From Macrostomum lignano (Eukaryota), in assembly GCA_002269645.1 (NCBI GenBank), contig NIVC01004285.1, forward strand, positions 1 to 51,804: 51,804 nucleotides of DNA, given 5' to 3'. The notes beneath the pieces are model-generated. The model saw nothing but the letters and a program-made list of their open reading frames with translations. It made no database searches and was not told the DNA's origin. This document shows, one piece after another, positions 11,594 through 22,574 of this stretch. The position numbers and the translations under genes are program-made. Numbering within the stretch: position 1 is the stretch's first letter; the number at the start of each line of letters is the position of its first letter.

Positions 11594-12030
11594 GACGGCG
11601 GCTGAGCAAAAAATTGAGAAATGGCGGCGGAGCCAAGCCGGGCCGGGTGCAGAGGCTTTAAGCTGGCCGGCGCGGCCAACACCCCCACACCTCAACCCCC
11701 GCCAAAGTACAGCGATATGTACAGCGGCACCCTCCGGCGCGTCTAACACCCCTTACTCAGAGAGTAACGATTGCAATAAAAGGTTTCAGGGTGAGCGCCT
11801 GCTTTTTCTCCGCAGTCCCACCACACTGAACACCCCGCCCAGTTCTGCCTGTGTCTTTTTTTTCTAGCCTCCGCAACTAGCCCCCAGAGAGGGCCGGGGG
11901 TCTGGGTGGACCAACTCTCAGGCCAGCCCTTCTCTCACCCGTATTGCCCCACCGCCTCTCATTCCAAGCCTGTCCTCTGGGTGCCTCTCTCTCTCTTCGC
12001 AACTAGCTCTACGCTCTCCTAGTCAAACAG

Positions 12031-13138
12031 CCACCTCAGAAAATGAAACCGCTGGTTTCAAATTTTGAGGTGGGTGATCTGAGTTCTGCACTGCTTCTCT
12101 AGCCTCCGCAACTAGCTCTACGCTCTCCCGAGCTCATTCTATTTTTAGTCAAACATAACACTAGCGATCTCGCGCTGGGGGGTAGAGGGGCGCCTGGGAA
12201 TTTTGAGTCTCCCGTTGTACTGAAATCTCCTTCCCCTTGAGCTCCTCTCCCTTTCCCTTCCCCAACAGTCCGGGCCAGAGCACTGAACTCTCTTTGCACA
12301 GGGGCGCCGCGCCACCTCAGAAAATGAAACCACTGGTTTCAAATTTTGAGGTGGGTGATCTGAGTTCTGCACTGCTTCTCTAGCCTCCGCAACTAACTCT
12401 ACGCTCTCCCGAGCTTAGTCAAACAGCCACCTCAGAAAATGAAACCGCTGGTTTCAAATTTTGAGGTGGGTCTACACTGCTGCGCTATCCAGCTCTCACC
12501 CGCCCTGCCACTCACTGCATGCAGTCCGCGCATTCCGCCACAAGTCCCCCCCTTCTCTCTCCACCCACCCTCCCTCTGCAATTCACTTCTGTGCAGTGCA
12601 GCGCCAAAGCCAAAAAAGAGAATTGCAGAGGGTTGAGGGTTGAGCCGGGCGGGAGGGGTCTTTCTTTTTCTAGCCTCCACAACTAGCCGCTCCGCTTTCT
12701 TCTACGCTCTCCCGAGCTTAGTCAAACAGCCACCTCAGAAAATGAAACCGCTGGTTTCAAATTTTGAGGTGGGTGATCTCTTCTACGCTCTCCCAACGCA
12801 TGGTATGGGTTTTATTTTTAGAACTTACGTCTACACTCTACAAGGTACAACCTTCTGGGTGATCCCTCCGTTTTCTTCTACGCTCTCCTAGTCAAACAGC
12901 CACCTCAGAAAATGAAACCGTTGGTTTCAAATTTTGAGGTGGGTGATCTGAGTTCTGCACTGCTTCCAGCAGAAACATTTTTCTACACTGTCCCAAGCAA
13001 ATTTGCTATTTTAATCAGACACCCACCTCAGAAAATGAAACCAGTGGTTTCAAAATTTGAGGTGGGCAATCAAAATGGCATACTTGTTAAACAACCACCC
13101 CAGAAAATGAAACCAGTGGTTTCAAAATTTGAGGTTGG
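12031..13138. repeat. Seven dispersed 43-bp imperfect palindromes (CCACCTCAGAAAATGAAACC-NNN-GGTTTCAAATTTTGAGGTGG) in Polinton non-coding DNA
   Basis: Copies start at about 12031, 12312, 12427, 12730, 12900, 13023 and 13095. Arms are 20 bp (17/20 complementary) around a 3-nt loop. Confidence 0.93.
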
Positions 13139-13233
13139 TGTCAATATTAGTAATAAAAAACTATCCAAGGATAACTTGCTATTATTATAGCTTCATGAGT
13201 TGCTAAATAAACAATACATTGCTAATTTAAAAG

Positions 13234-13857
13234 TCAAAACAACAAGCCTTCGTCCACTTCCTGTTGCAGCATCGCAAGGGCCTCTGGCAAGTATGCAATC
13301 ATCGACTTCAGCTTGTGCAGGGACATTGCAGATCTTTGTAGCACCGGATATTTCTCAGCCTGGTCAGCCAATTTCATCAGAAAGTTGGTCCACTGGCTGG
13401 TGAACGGTGCACGTCTTTTCAGCTCGTTGAACTGTTCCTTACTGAGAACCCGCTCCATTCTCAGAAAGATCCTGCCGAGCTGTAGGCCGTTTGCAAAGCC
13501 ATGCTTACCATGCCGTTCAACTAGCTTATGAAGGTTGGCAATCTGTACAAGCACTGCGTCGATCGTAAATGTTCCCTGCATAAATTCTTCTAGAGAATGC
13601 ACTGGCACAGGCTCACTGTTGGTTTTGTAGGCCGTGCGCAACTCGTCCAGAGCCTTGCCGATTTGTAATTGCTTGTCGGTAGTTTTCGCTAGCCGTCCAT
13701 TGATAGTTGGCTTCACAATTGGTGACCGAGCAATTGCATTGTATTTATCGGCCCAAACATTCCAGTTGTCGAGATCTTTACTAGAAAATACAGCCTTTAT
13801 GAAGTTCTCCAGATTTTGGATGTAAACGTTGTTGCCTGCTTGCATTTCTTCATCCAT
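13234..13857 (-). CDS. Polinton hypothetical protein, 207 aa (weak DUF3102-like helical pattern)
   Basis: Intact ATG ORF with non-repetitive composition and a TATA-like TATATATA about 120 bp upstream on the minus strand. GLQLGRIFL..FTSQWTNFLMKLA resembles the DUF3102 pattern by eye only. Confidence 0.65.
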   Translation of the reverse strand: MDEEMQAGNNVYIQNLENFIKAVFSSKDLDNWNVWADKYNAIARSPIVKPTINGRLAKTTDKQLQIGKALDELRTAYKTNSEPVPVHSLEEFMQGTFTIDAVLVQIANLHKLVERHGKHGFANGLQLGRIFLRMERVLSKEQFNELKRRAPFTSQWTNFLMKLADQAEKYPVLQRSAMSLHKLKSMIAYLPEALAMLQQEVDEGLLF

Positions 13858-14407
13858 GGCAAGATCCAGAGATTAAGCTAGTCAAAAATAAGAAGTTGCT
13901 GGCTCAGCGAGTTGAGGCGGGGCGAGGCAAGGCGGAGCAGGCAGGGTGAGGCGAGGGGCGGTGTGAATCGGCTGTATATATACCATTGGTGTGGGCTCGG
14001 GAATCCACGGATTCTCTTTTTGTTCTAGAATTTTCTAGAATTCGAATTCTAGAAGGGAAACCCGCAGATTTTCTACTTATAGCCAGTATTTTCTATTAAT
14101 GGTTGATTGGGGTTGCCTGGGAAAGATCTAGGAAGACTGCTGAAAGAGCTGGGGGTTGAGAAGGCTGGGGGTTTAAACAAGGAACTAAATGGGCGTTTCT
14201 GAAGCTAGGCAAGGGATCTTCTGAGCTAGTTAAGGCTTGAGCTGGGCAAAAGCTTTTTTCTCTATGCTGCACACGCCGCTCGCGCTATGACAAGAAACAG
14301 CTGCCATACCCATTCCGCTATCACCCACCCGCCACACAGCAAAATACCATGCGTAAAAATATCTATTAATGCAGTCTTAAAGTCTTAAAGCGTATCGTAA
14401 CGACATT

Positions 14408-14647
14408 CTACAACTGCCTAATGATTTCTGCAAAGTTATAGTAGCTGTCATAATCTTTTGCATAGGTTACTCCATACTTATGAAACCAATGTCTTTGGAG
14501 AGCTAGATTAATATTAGGGACATTGATATCAACGTTGGGCCAATATTTTCTCATGTATTCGCTGCATTCAAGTTTGCATTGGTACTTGGATTTGTACAAT
14601 GGATTAGGCTGAGTATAATAAGAACCTGTAGAGACAACTGGAAACAT
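14408..14647 (-). CDS. Small Polinton hypothetical protein, 79 aa, aromatic-rich
   Basis: ATG ORF with an A-rich leader like the other Polinton genes; no recognisable motif. Confidence 0.4.
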   Translation of the reverse strand: MFPVVSTGSYYTQPNPLYKSKYQCKLECSEYMRKYWPNVDINVPNINLALQRHWFHKYGVTYAKDYDSYYNFAEIIRQL

Positions 14648-14864
14648 TTTTAGAGAAAATTTAATTTTTTTTCAAAGGGTAAGGACCCTGGGTTAGGGGA
14701 TTCAAAGTCTTTGGGATCTGGTTTCATGTTGCGAATTGAATGTGGGGAGAAGAATGCATATTTTTTTCTGATTGTTTCGAAGATGCTATGGATGGATGTC
14801 AGTGGATTATGTCTGTGTCAGTGAGCATAACAGGTATCAGTGGACACCTGCTCTGATTCTGTCA

Positions 14865-15108
14865 GGGATAATATGGATGGATTTAGGTGGATTATGTTCG
14901 AAGTTTTCGGAGCAAGTGCGGCCCCTCCCCTTTTTCATGATTCTTTCGGGGATAATATGGATGGATTAATGGGATTATGTTCGAAGTTTTTGGAGTAAGT
15001 GCGACCCCCCTTTTTTTCTGGTTCTGTCGGGGATAATATGGATGGATTTAGGTGGATTATGGAGGAGGTGAAAAATTTTGTCCCAGAAGCCCCCTCATGC
15101 CTTCTACT
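14865..15108. repeat. Polinton subterminal tandem repeats (about 82 bp x 3) and putative terminal inverted repeat end
   Basis: GGGATAATATGGATGGATT at about 14865, 14949 and 15029, followed by the terminus CCTTCTACT. Confidence 0.65.
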
Positions 15109-15506
15109 TACATGTGATTCCAAAATTCATATTGATATTCGAGTATGCAGGTACTTCTGCTTCACCGATCTTGACGAAACTTTACACAGAGTAAACTGCA
15201 ACCGTAAAACGACTATTAGTCAAGTTTCAGCTCGATATGTAACTTTGGCTCTGAGCAGGGGCGATTTTCGATGTGTTCTATTTAAAATACATGTGATTCC
15301 AAAATTCATATTGAAATTCGAGTACAGGTACTTCTGCTTCACCGATCTTGACGAAACTTTACACAGAGTAAACTGCAACCGTGAAACGACTATTGGTCAA
15401 GTTTCAGCTCGATATGTAACTTTGGCTCTGAGCAGGAGCGATTTTCGATGTGTTGCATTTAAAATACATGTGATTCCAAAATTCATATTGATATTCGAGT
15501 ACAGGT
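15109..15506 (+). repeat. 177-bp satellite, left arm (about 2.2 units)
   Basis: CATGTGATTCC recurs at 15111, 15290 and 15467. Confidence 0.95.
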
Positions 15507-18015
15507 GGAGGAGATGGCGCAACGTGACACAGTGGTCATTCTCGGAGACCTGAACGCAGTTCTGCGTAGGTCCGAGCGATCGCTGTTTGTGACAGCGCGC
15601 GAGAACGGCAACACCGGAGCGCTGGAGGACTTCCTGGAGAGACAGGACATGGTGTCGGCCAACACCAGATTCCGCAAGTCACCGGGCAGGCTCGCGACCT
15701 TCGTGGGCTGCAAGCAGAGGCGGCGGAACGCGCGCGGCCGGAACGCTACGCGGAGGCTGGCACAGCTCGACCACGTGCTTGTGCGCTTTCGTGAGTGCCG
15801 CCGCGTCACCAACTGCCGCACCATTACGCCGCTGGCTCTGCTGTCCGACCATCGGCTGCTCATCTGCGACCTTCGGCTTCGGGACCCGCTCTACCGTCCG
15901 CCAAAGCGGCCACCGCGGCGCTACTACTGCGCGCTCAGGGACGCCGAGACGCGGCGTCGCTTTTCCGGTGCCTTTGTCACTGCGCTGGGCGACAAGTGTG
16001 GAGGAGCCGAGTACGCGGAGGTGAGCGCTGCAGTTCGAGCCGCTGCGGAGCAAGCAGTCCCGCTGATGCGACCGGCCCAGCGCGGGCAGCCGGTCTGGCA
16101 GGACGACCCGCGATCGACGAAGCGAGGGAAGATCTGGAGAGGCTCCGTCTTAGTGGGCGGCAAACTCGCGAGGCGGAGGAGGCTCTGGCGGCTGTCTACC
16201 TGCAGCGGCAGCAGTCCGCTGTCGATGACGCCATCCAAGCCGTCTCTGCCGCAGGGCCCGATGCCAGAGGGCGCGTGGCCTGGTCCGTCATCAACACTCT
16301 GACGGGGCGAAAGCGGCGCATCGCGCTCAACCAAGCAGGCGACATTCCGGATGAGCGCAGGAACGAGCTGCGCGAGTTCTTCGCCGCCATTGTCAACGCG
16401 CCGCCCCCTCCGCTTCCAGAAAATCTGAGGCTGCCGCCGGAGACGCCGTTGCCGGCGGAGGAGAGCTTCAACGTTGCCCCAGTCAGCACAGCCGACGTTG
16501 TGAAGTTCGCTCGGCAGTCGCCGGGCGGCAAAGCGCTTGGTCCGGACGAGGTGCCCACCGAGGCGCTGCGGATCCACTGCGTGGCCACTGAGGTCGCCAG
16601 AGTGATGAACCGCGTGCTTTCCGGTGAGGTGGCGCCAAACGAATGGACCACGGCGCACATCGTCGCCATTCCAAAGAAGCCGGGCACCACCAAGCTCGAG
16701 GAGCATCGAGGCATCTGCCTACAGTCCTGCGCCGCGAAGCTGTTCAACCGCATGCTGCTATCGCGGTTACAGACTGTGCTGGACCCGTACCTGTGGCCTG
16801 AGCAGAACGGATTCCGGCCCCTTCGCAGCACAGTGACGCAGATCCCGGCTCTTCGGCGAGTCATCGAGGAGGCGCGCATCCGCCAGTTGACCCTGATCCT
16901 GATCTTCGTCGATTTCAGGAAGGCCTTCGACTCGGTCGTGAGGGACGCGCTCCCAGAGGTGCTCCGTGCGTACAACGTGCCAGACCTGCTGATTACTGCT
17001 GTCATGGCGCTATACCACGGCACGACGGCTGCTGTCTCAACACCGGACGGCCTATCGGATTTCTTCGAGACATCCTCCGGGGTGCTCCAGGGAGATACGC
17101 TAGCGCCGTTCCTATTTATTCTGGTGCTTGACTGGGTGCTACGGACTGCTCTGCCTTCCAACGACGACAGCTTCCTGCTGCGGCGACGCGTGGGTCGACG
17201 CCAACCGGAGAGACGGCTCAGCGTGCTTGGCTACGCCGATGACCTCGCCCTCGAGGGCGCCCAACGACAGCTGGATAGACTGGTTGCCGTTGCAACGAGC
17301 GTCGGCCTGGTGGTCAACACGCAGAAGACCGTCGTGCTATGCGTGCCGGACGACACCGAGGCTGCAATCTTCTGCCGAGGCGCTGACGGACAGGCGAGTG
17401 AGCTTCCAAGATGTCAGCAGTTCGTCTACCTCGGCGGTCTGGTTCTCGACGTCCGCGAGGATCTGCGGCGTCGCCGAGGACTTGCCTGGGCTGCCTTTCG
17501 TTCTATAAGGTCAGTCTTGCAGTCCGAGGCCCTACCGGACCGCCAGAGGGCGGCGCTGTTCCAGGCGGTGATCGAGACCGTCCTGTTATACAACGCCGAG
17601 ACCTGGACGCTGATAGACTCGCTCGAGGCTCAAGTCGACGCGGCGCACGCTGGCCTGCTGCGCGCCGCCTTCAAGATCGGCAACGAGCGAGTCACCAACA
17701 CGGCGCTCTATCATCGCGCCGGCCTGGCCCGTCCTAGCGATCTGCTGCGCCGTCGGCGACTCCAGCTGGCAGGCCACGTCATCCGCGCCGAGGCCTACTG
17801 TCCGGAGCCGGTGCAGGAGGTGCTGCTACTTACGTTGCAGGCACCCTACCGGCGGGGACAGGCGAGGACTCGGCGCTACGTCGACTGTCTGTTGGCTGAC
17901 GCCGGCGCCCCGGACTCTGCCGGCGGTGCGGCCTTTGTTCGCGCCAAAGCTTCGAAGCGCGCCATCTGACGCTGCTTTTGCGAACTGGCAGCGTACTCTG
18001 TTGTTGTTGTTGTTG
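15507..18015 (+). mobile_element. RTE-type non-LTR retrotransposon, 5'-truncated within the APE endonuclease, (TTG)n tail
   Basis: APE motifs GDLNA, LDHVLV and SDH. RT motifs GKALGPD, EQNGFR, FVDFRKAFDSV, GVLQGDTLAP, YADD and C-terminal RRRLQLAGHVIR. Very short 3' UTR with (TTG)5. A one-base frameshift near 16110 separates EN and RT; no target-site duplication. Confidence 0.92.
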
Positions 18016-19026
18016 TTTGGAATCACATGTATTTTAAATGCAACACATCGAAAATCGCACCTGCACAGAGCCAAAGTTACATATCGAGCTGAAACTTGAC
18101 CAATAGTCGTTTCACGGTTGCAGTTTACTCTGTGTAAAGTTTCGTCAAGATCAGTGAAGCAGAAGTACCTGTACTCGAATATCAATATGAATTTTGGAAT
18201 CACATGTATTTTAAATGGAACACATCGAAAATCGCCCCTGCTCAGAGCCAAAGCTACATATCGAGCTGAAACTTGACCAAAAGTCGTTTCATTGTTGCAG
18301 TTTACTCTGTGTAAAGTTTCGTCAAGATCGGTGAAGCAGAAGTACCTGTACTCGAATATCAATATGAATTTTGGAATCACATGTATTTTAAATGGAACAC
18401 ATCGAAAATCGCACCTGCTCAGAGCCAAAGCTACATATCGAGCTGAAACTTGACCAATAGTCGTTTCACGGTTGCAGTTTACTCTGTGTAAAGTTTCGTC
18501 AAGATCGGTGAAGCAGAAGTACCTGTACTCGAATATCAATATGAATTTTGGAATCACATGTATTTTAAACGGAACACATCGAAAATCGCCCCTGCTCAGA
18601 GCCAAAGTTACATATCGAGCTGAAACTTGACCAATAGTCGTTTTACGGTTGCAGTTTACTCTGTGTAAAGTTTCGTCAAGATCGGTGAAGCAGAAGTAGC
18701 TGTACTCGAATATCAATATGAATTTTGGAATCACATGTATTTTAAATGGAACACATCGAAAATCGCCCCTGCTCAGAGCCAAAGCTACATATCGAGCTGA
18801 AACTTGACCAATAGTCGTTTTACGGTTGCAGTTTACTCTGTGTAAAGTTTCGTCAAGATCGGTGAAGCAGAAGTACCTGTACTCGAATATCAATATGAAT
18901 TTTGGAATCACATGTATTTTAAATGGAACACATCGAAAATCGCCCCTGCTCAGAGCCAAAGTTACATATCGAGCTGAAACTTGACCAATAGTCGTTTCAC
19001 GGTTGCAGTTTACTCTGTGAAAAGTT
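18016..19026 (-). repeat. 177-bp satellite, right arm (about 5.7 units), inverted relative to the left arm
   Basis: Reverse complement of the same unit; gives a spurious 59-aa periodic ORF. Confidence 0.95.
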
Positions 19027-19629
19027 TTATGCTACGGGTTGCTTTTAGTATTTTGCTTTTGTTAAAATTTGAATTTCAATGCGAATATCAATGGGGAAAC
19101 AAATGCGTAATAAAAAGCTGTTTGTTTGCTTATAATATTTAATTTGCAAAATCCTATTAGCTTTTTAGAATTTCTAGTTTTTCTCGGTAAATAGCTACGC
19201 CTACAGTCACAAGGTACTAACTAAATAATACTATATTTCAAAACTGTAGCTGATCCTTAAATGAGTTTTTCAGTTACATCAGAGTCAGATCTTGATCATA
19301 GGTCTACCTCGGCATCAGGTAACTTGTTTGACATGTTTATGATTGGCTTATATATCATTGTACTTTTATAGTGACTACTGACTAAACGATTATAGCATAG
19401 ATAGAAGATATGACTACTTTATAATTGGCCTGCTGGCAATTGTTAATGACTAGCCTAGCCAGAGATAGAAAATAAAGTGAATTATGATTAGGCCTATTCA
19501 ATGATGTTCTAATCTATTGATTTTAAATGTAAGCTTAAATTCCTATCCAGCATATTGTCAATTTCTATAGGCCCTAATATTATTTGTTGTAATATTCCTA
19601 TCGTTGTAATAAACTGACATTAAAATGTA

Positions 19630-21335
19630 TGAGGGTTGTTCAGAAAGTTCATGGACAAACATGAACTATTGTTAAACAAGCAACAAAACTGAAAACCTTA
19701 GTCATCAACCTTCTCAATGTATGTGCCCTTGAGGCACACACACTTGTGCCAATGCTCTGGTAGCTTTTTAATCTTTGTAGCAAATAATTCTTTAGGGGTA
19801 TTTCTGACCCACTGGCTGACAGCAGAGGCTAGGGCCTGTACACTGCCATAATGATGACCCCGGAGTGACTCCTTCATCCACCCAAACAGCCAGTAGTTGC
19901 TCGGTGCTAGGTCTGGTGAGTAGGGTGGGTGCAGTAGCAGCTTGAAGCCCAGGCTAGAGATGGCAGCCATTGTTGCTTGGCTAGTATGGGGCCTGGCGTT
20001 GTCCTGCTGCAGCAGGATCCCCCTGGTCAGCTTGCCCTGGCACTTAGTCTTGATGGCTTAGTGCAACTTCTCTAGCATTTAGATGTAATAAGCATTGGTA
20101 ATGGTAGTGCCACATGGAAGCCAGTCAATAAGCAGGATGCTCTCCTTGTCCTAGAAGATGGTGGTCATCTGCTTTCCAGCCAATGATGCAGCCAGGGCCT
20201 TCACTGGGGTGGGTTCTCTAGCTGCCTTCTAGACACTGCTTTGCATCTTCAACTCTGGCTCACTGTAGTGAATCCACAAGTAGAGGTTGGATGGGATTGA
20301 AATCTTCGGGTGGGATCGGGATCGGGAATAATTTTTTTCTCGGGATTGGGATTCGGGAATTAGGATCAGGTCTTTTAGTGTATTGTCCATGTAAAGTTAA
20401 ACAAAATTGAGAAAAGATTGTCAAGATCAAGAAGTAAAACACAACAAAATTGATATAAAGTTTTGTAACCAACAAAGTAAATAATGTAACAAGTTCAAGT
20501 TAAAGCAAAATACCTTCAAGTAATTACTAATTCTATAAATTTTTAATTGAAAGACTTGTTCCCGAATCTCAAGTTTTTTAGGGTCAGGATTCTGGTCCTG
20601 CAGGAATTCAATTTTCCTCGGGATCCCGAGATTTTGGGATTGGGATCGGGATCCCGTCCAACCTCTATCCAAGAGTCATCCCCAGTCACAATTCGATCCA
20701 AAAAGTTTGGGTCATTGTAGTAGGCCTGCAGGAGCTGCTGACATGCACAGACCCGCCCGTGCTGCTGATTATCTATTAGAAGCTTCGGGACCCAATGAGC
20801 AACAACTCATGACATCCCAAGCTTGGCCGTGAGAATTTCGTGAACTGCTGTGGGTGATATACCCACAGTCTGCCAGTTCACGCACAGTGATCCGGCGGTC
20901 AACATCAAGTGCCTGACGCATGTGCTTAATGTTGAACATGTTGACCGTGGTAGCTGGCCTTCCATTACATGGCAGATCTTCGACTGTCTCCTAGCCATCC
21001 TCAAATCGCTGCACCCACTTGCTGACCATTGACTTCAAAGGGGCATCTTCACCATATGCTGCATGCAACTTGCAAACAAAGTTGGCCTGTTGCTTCCCTT
21101 CCTTCCATAAAAACCAAATTATGCTTCGCTTGGCTTCTTTGTTTTTTTCCATAGTGCCAAAAATAGTGGGTAACTTAAAATGACTGACTGTACAAAATAA
21201 CATAAGCATATTTGATCACATTACCATTAAAAGTTGTGGGACATAAGTGCTGTCTATGGTCTAAAGTATGGTGACTTAACTGTCTTTGTTTGGAAAAAAT
21301 ATAAGTTTGTCTACAAACTTTCCAAAAAACCCTTG
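19630..21335 (-). mobile_element. Degenerate mariner (DD34D) transposon
   Basis: Degenerate ~31-bp TIRs (TGAGGGTTGTTCAGAAAGTTC.. and ..ACTTTCCAAAAAACCCTTG) flanked by TA. Transposase remnants IVTGDDSW, QQDNARPH and HPPYSPDLAPSN (third D is N); several stops and shifts. Confidence 0.88.
20281..20667. mobile_element. Non-autonomous hAT-like MITE inserted in the mariner transposase
   Basis: TIRs TAGAGGTTGGATGGGA and TCCCGTCCAACCTCTA. Degenerate 8-bp TSD (TCCACAAG / TCCAAGAG); removing it restores GDDSWIHY. Confidence 0.78.
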
Positions 21336-22574
21336 TATATAGTAAGTAGGAGTGTTATGGCTACTCAATGGATGACAAGCAGAATGGGGTGGCTGACCAA
21401 GGGGTGAAAGGTAATTCAGTCATCATGTGGAATCATGCTATTTGCTTAGTTTGTTAAATACCAGTATATTACATTAGGTATATTTATTTTAAAGTTTACC
21501 ATTGGTTTATCATTGGTAAAGACCAATCAAATCAGCCTGGGTTTTTCAAGGTTGGAAATCCAGTTGCCAGCTGGCCCTTGGGGCTCAAAATCTAGTTCCC
21601 AACTACACTCTAGATCATGTAGTATATGCTTGAAAATTCAGGCATGTATTGGCCTTGCATGCCAAAAGTAGATGTGCATAGTTGGTATGCATCACTCCTA
21701 AGAAATAGTGTATGTGCATACCTAGTGTGCACTTTAAAGAATCATGCAGAAGAGTTATTGTGATGTAGAAAAAATTAAAAAAGTTTATTTTTAAGCATTT
21801 ATTTCAAGCTTTCTTTTTTTTAAACTTGTAATTTAAAGAATTTAAACAAATTTTTGCATGTATCAATTTTCCATTAGTAATAGCATTATCAAAAAAGCAG
21901 AAAAACTAACCAAATTATTTGTCAAAAAGGGTCCATTATGTAATTAAAGAAGGTCATTTATTGTCACAATGTAAAAAAGGTCATTTATTATTGCAGCATT
22001 GGCATTATATTGAGAATTGATGTGTACTCAATTTTTTTCAGCATGCATTTATAATTATTTGATTTTTGTTCGGGTGTACACCTAGCATGATCCTGATTAT
22101 GGGTTGCCAATGGCTATTTTTGGTTGCCCATTGGCAATTAGCCACATTCCCAAATATGAATATTTTTAAGATTAGGTTTAAAAAGCAAAAATTTGTTCTC
22201 TCAACTGTAAGATTGCTAGGCCTATCTATGCTGCAAATAATACCAAACTAACAATTCTATCATATTGATTCAAATAGCACTTTTATTACATTTACAAAAT
22301 CATTTTTTAAATTTGGCAACTAGCATAAAGAAATGAAGTTGCTAGATTGGCCTTTAATGTTGAAAATCTAGTTGCCAATGCAATTTTCAAGGGGCCAAAA
22401 AACCTATATAGCCCAAAAACCTTGCAATCAGCCAAAGTTTTTTTGCATATAACATTGTTATTAGCTAGTATTTTATCAGGCTTATCTTGTATTAAAATTT
22501 TATTAATTAAATAAATAAGATATAAAGATGATAGTTTTAAATACCAAACACTTCAATGCTATATTTATCAGTTA

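Larger units (their letters stand above)
7395..11775 (-). mobile_element. Ngaro-type tyrosine-recombinase retrotransposon (DIRS order), full length, nested in the Polinton
   Basis: Split direct repeats in the order A1-ORFs-B1-A2-B2: A = 11608-11775 and 7540-7707 (168 bp), B = 7708-7783 and 7395-7470 (76 bp). Encodes gag, RT/RNase H and YR; no methyltransferase domain after RNase H. Confidence 0.93.
1..15108. mobile_element. Polinton/Maverick (adintovirus-like endogenous dsDNA virus), right-hand portion; left end and capsid/ATPase genes lie outside the window
   Basis: Clustered pPolB, adenain protease, rve integrase, protein-X-like and PLA2X genes. Sequence ends ...CCTTCTACT (reverse complement AGTAGAAGG, an AGT-type Polinton terminus) directly against the satellite at 15109, with subterminal tandem repeats. 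Confidence 0.92.

Noticed and set aside
7395-11775. DIRS1-type element with inverted terminal repeats and methyltransferase
   Set aside because: Repeats are split direct repeats and no MT motifs follow RNase H, which fits Ngaro.
8239-11867. Plus-strand ORFs antisense to Ngaro, RTE and Gypsy genes
   Set aside because: Expected shadow ORFs of GC-rich coding sequence; no motifs.
12031-13138. CRISPR array (palindromic repeats with spacers)
   Set aside because: Spacers are 29-260 bp, unequal and built from shared modules; no cas genes; eukaryotic context.
17826-18959. 377-aa ORF with 59-aa repeats (also 14999-15553)
   Set aside because: Translation of the 177-bp satellite; the unit length is a multiple of 3.
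21340-22570. Further DNA-transposon remnants (GGCAACTAG/CTAGTTGCC motifs), also 33500-34500
   Set aside because: Too degenerate to define ends or a family by eye.
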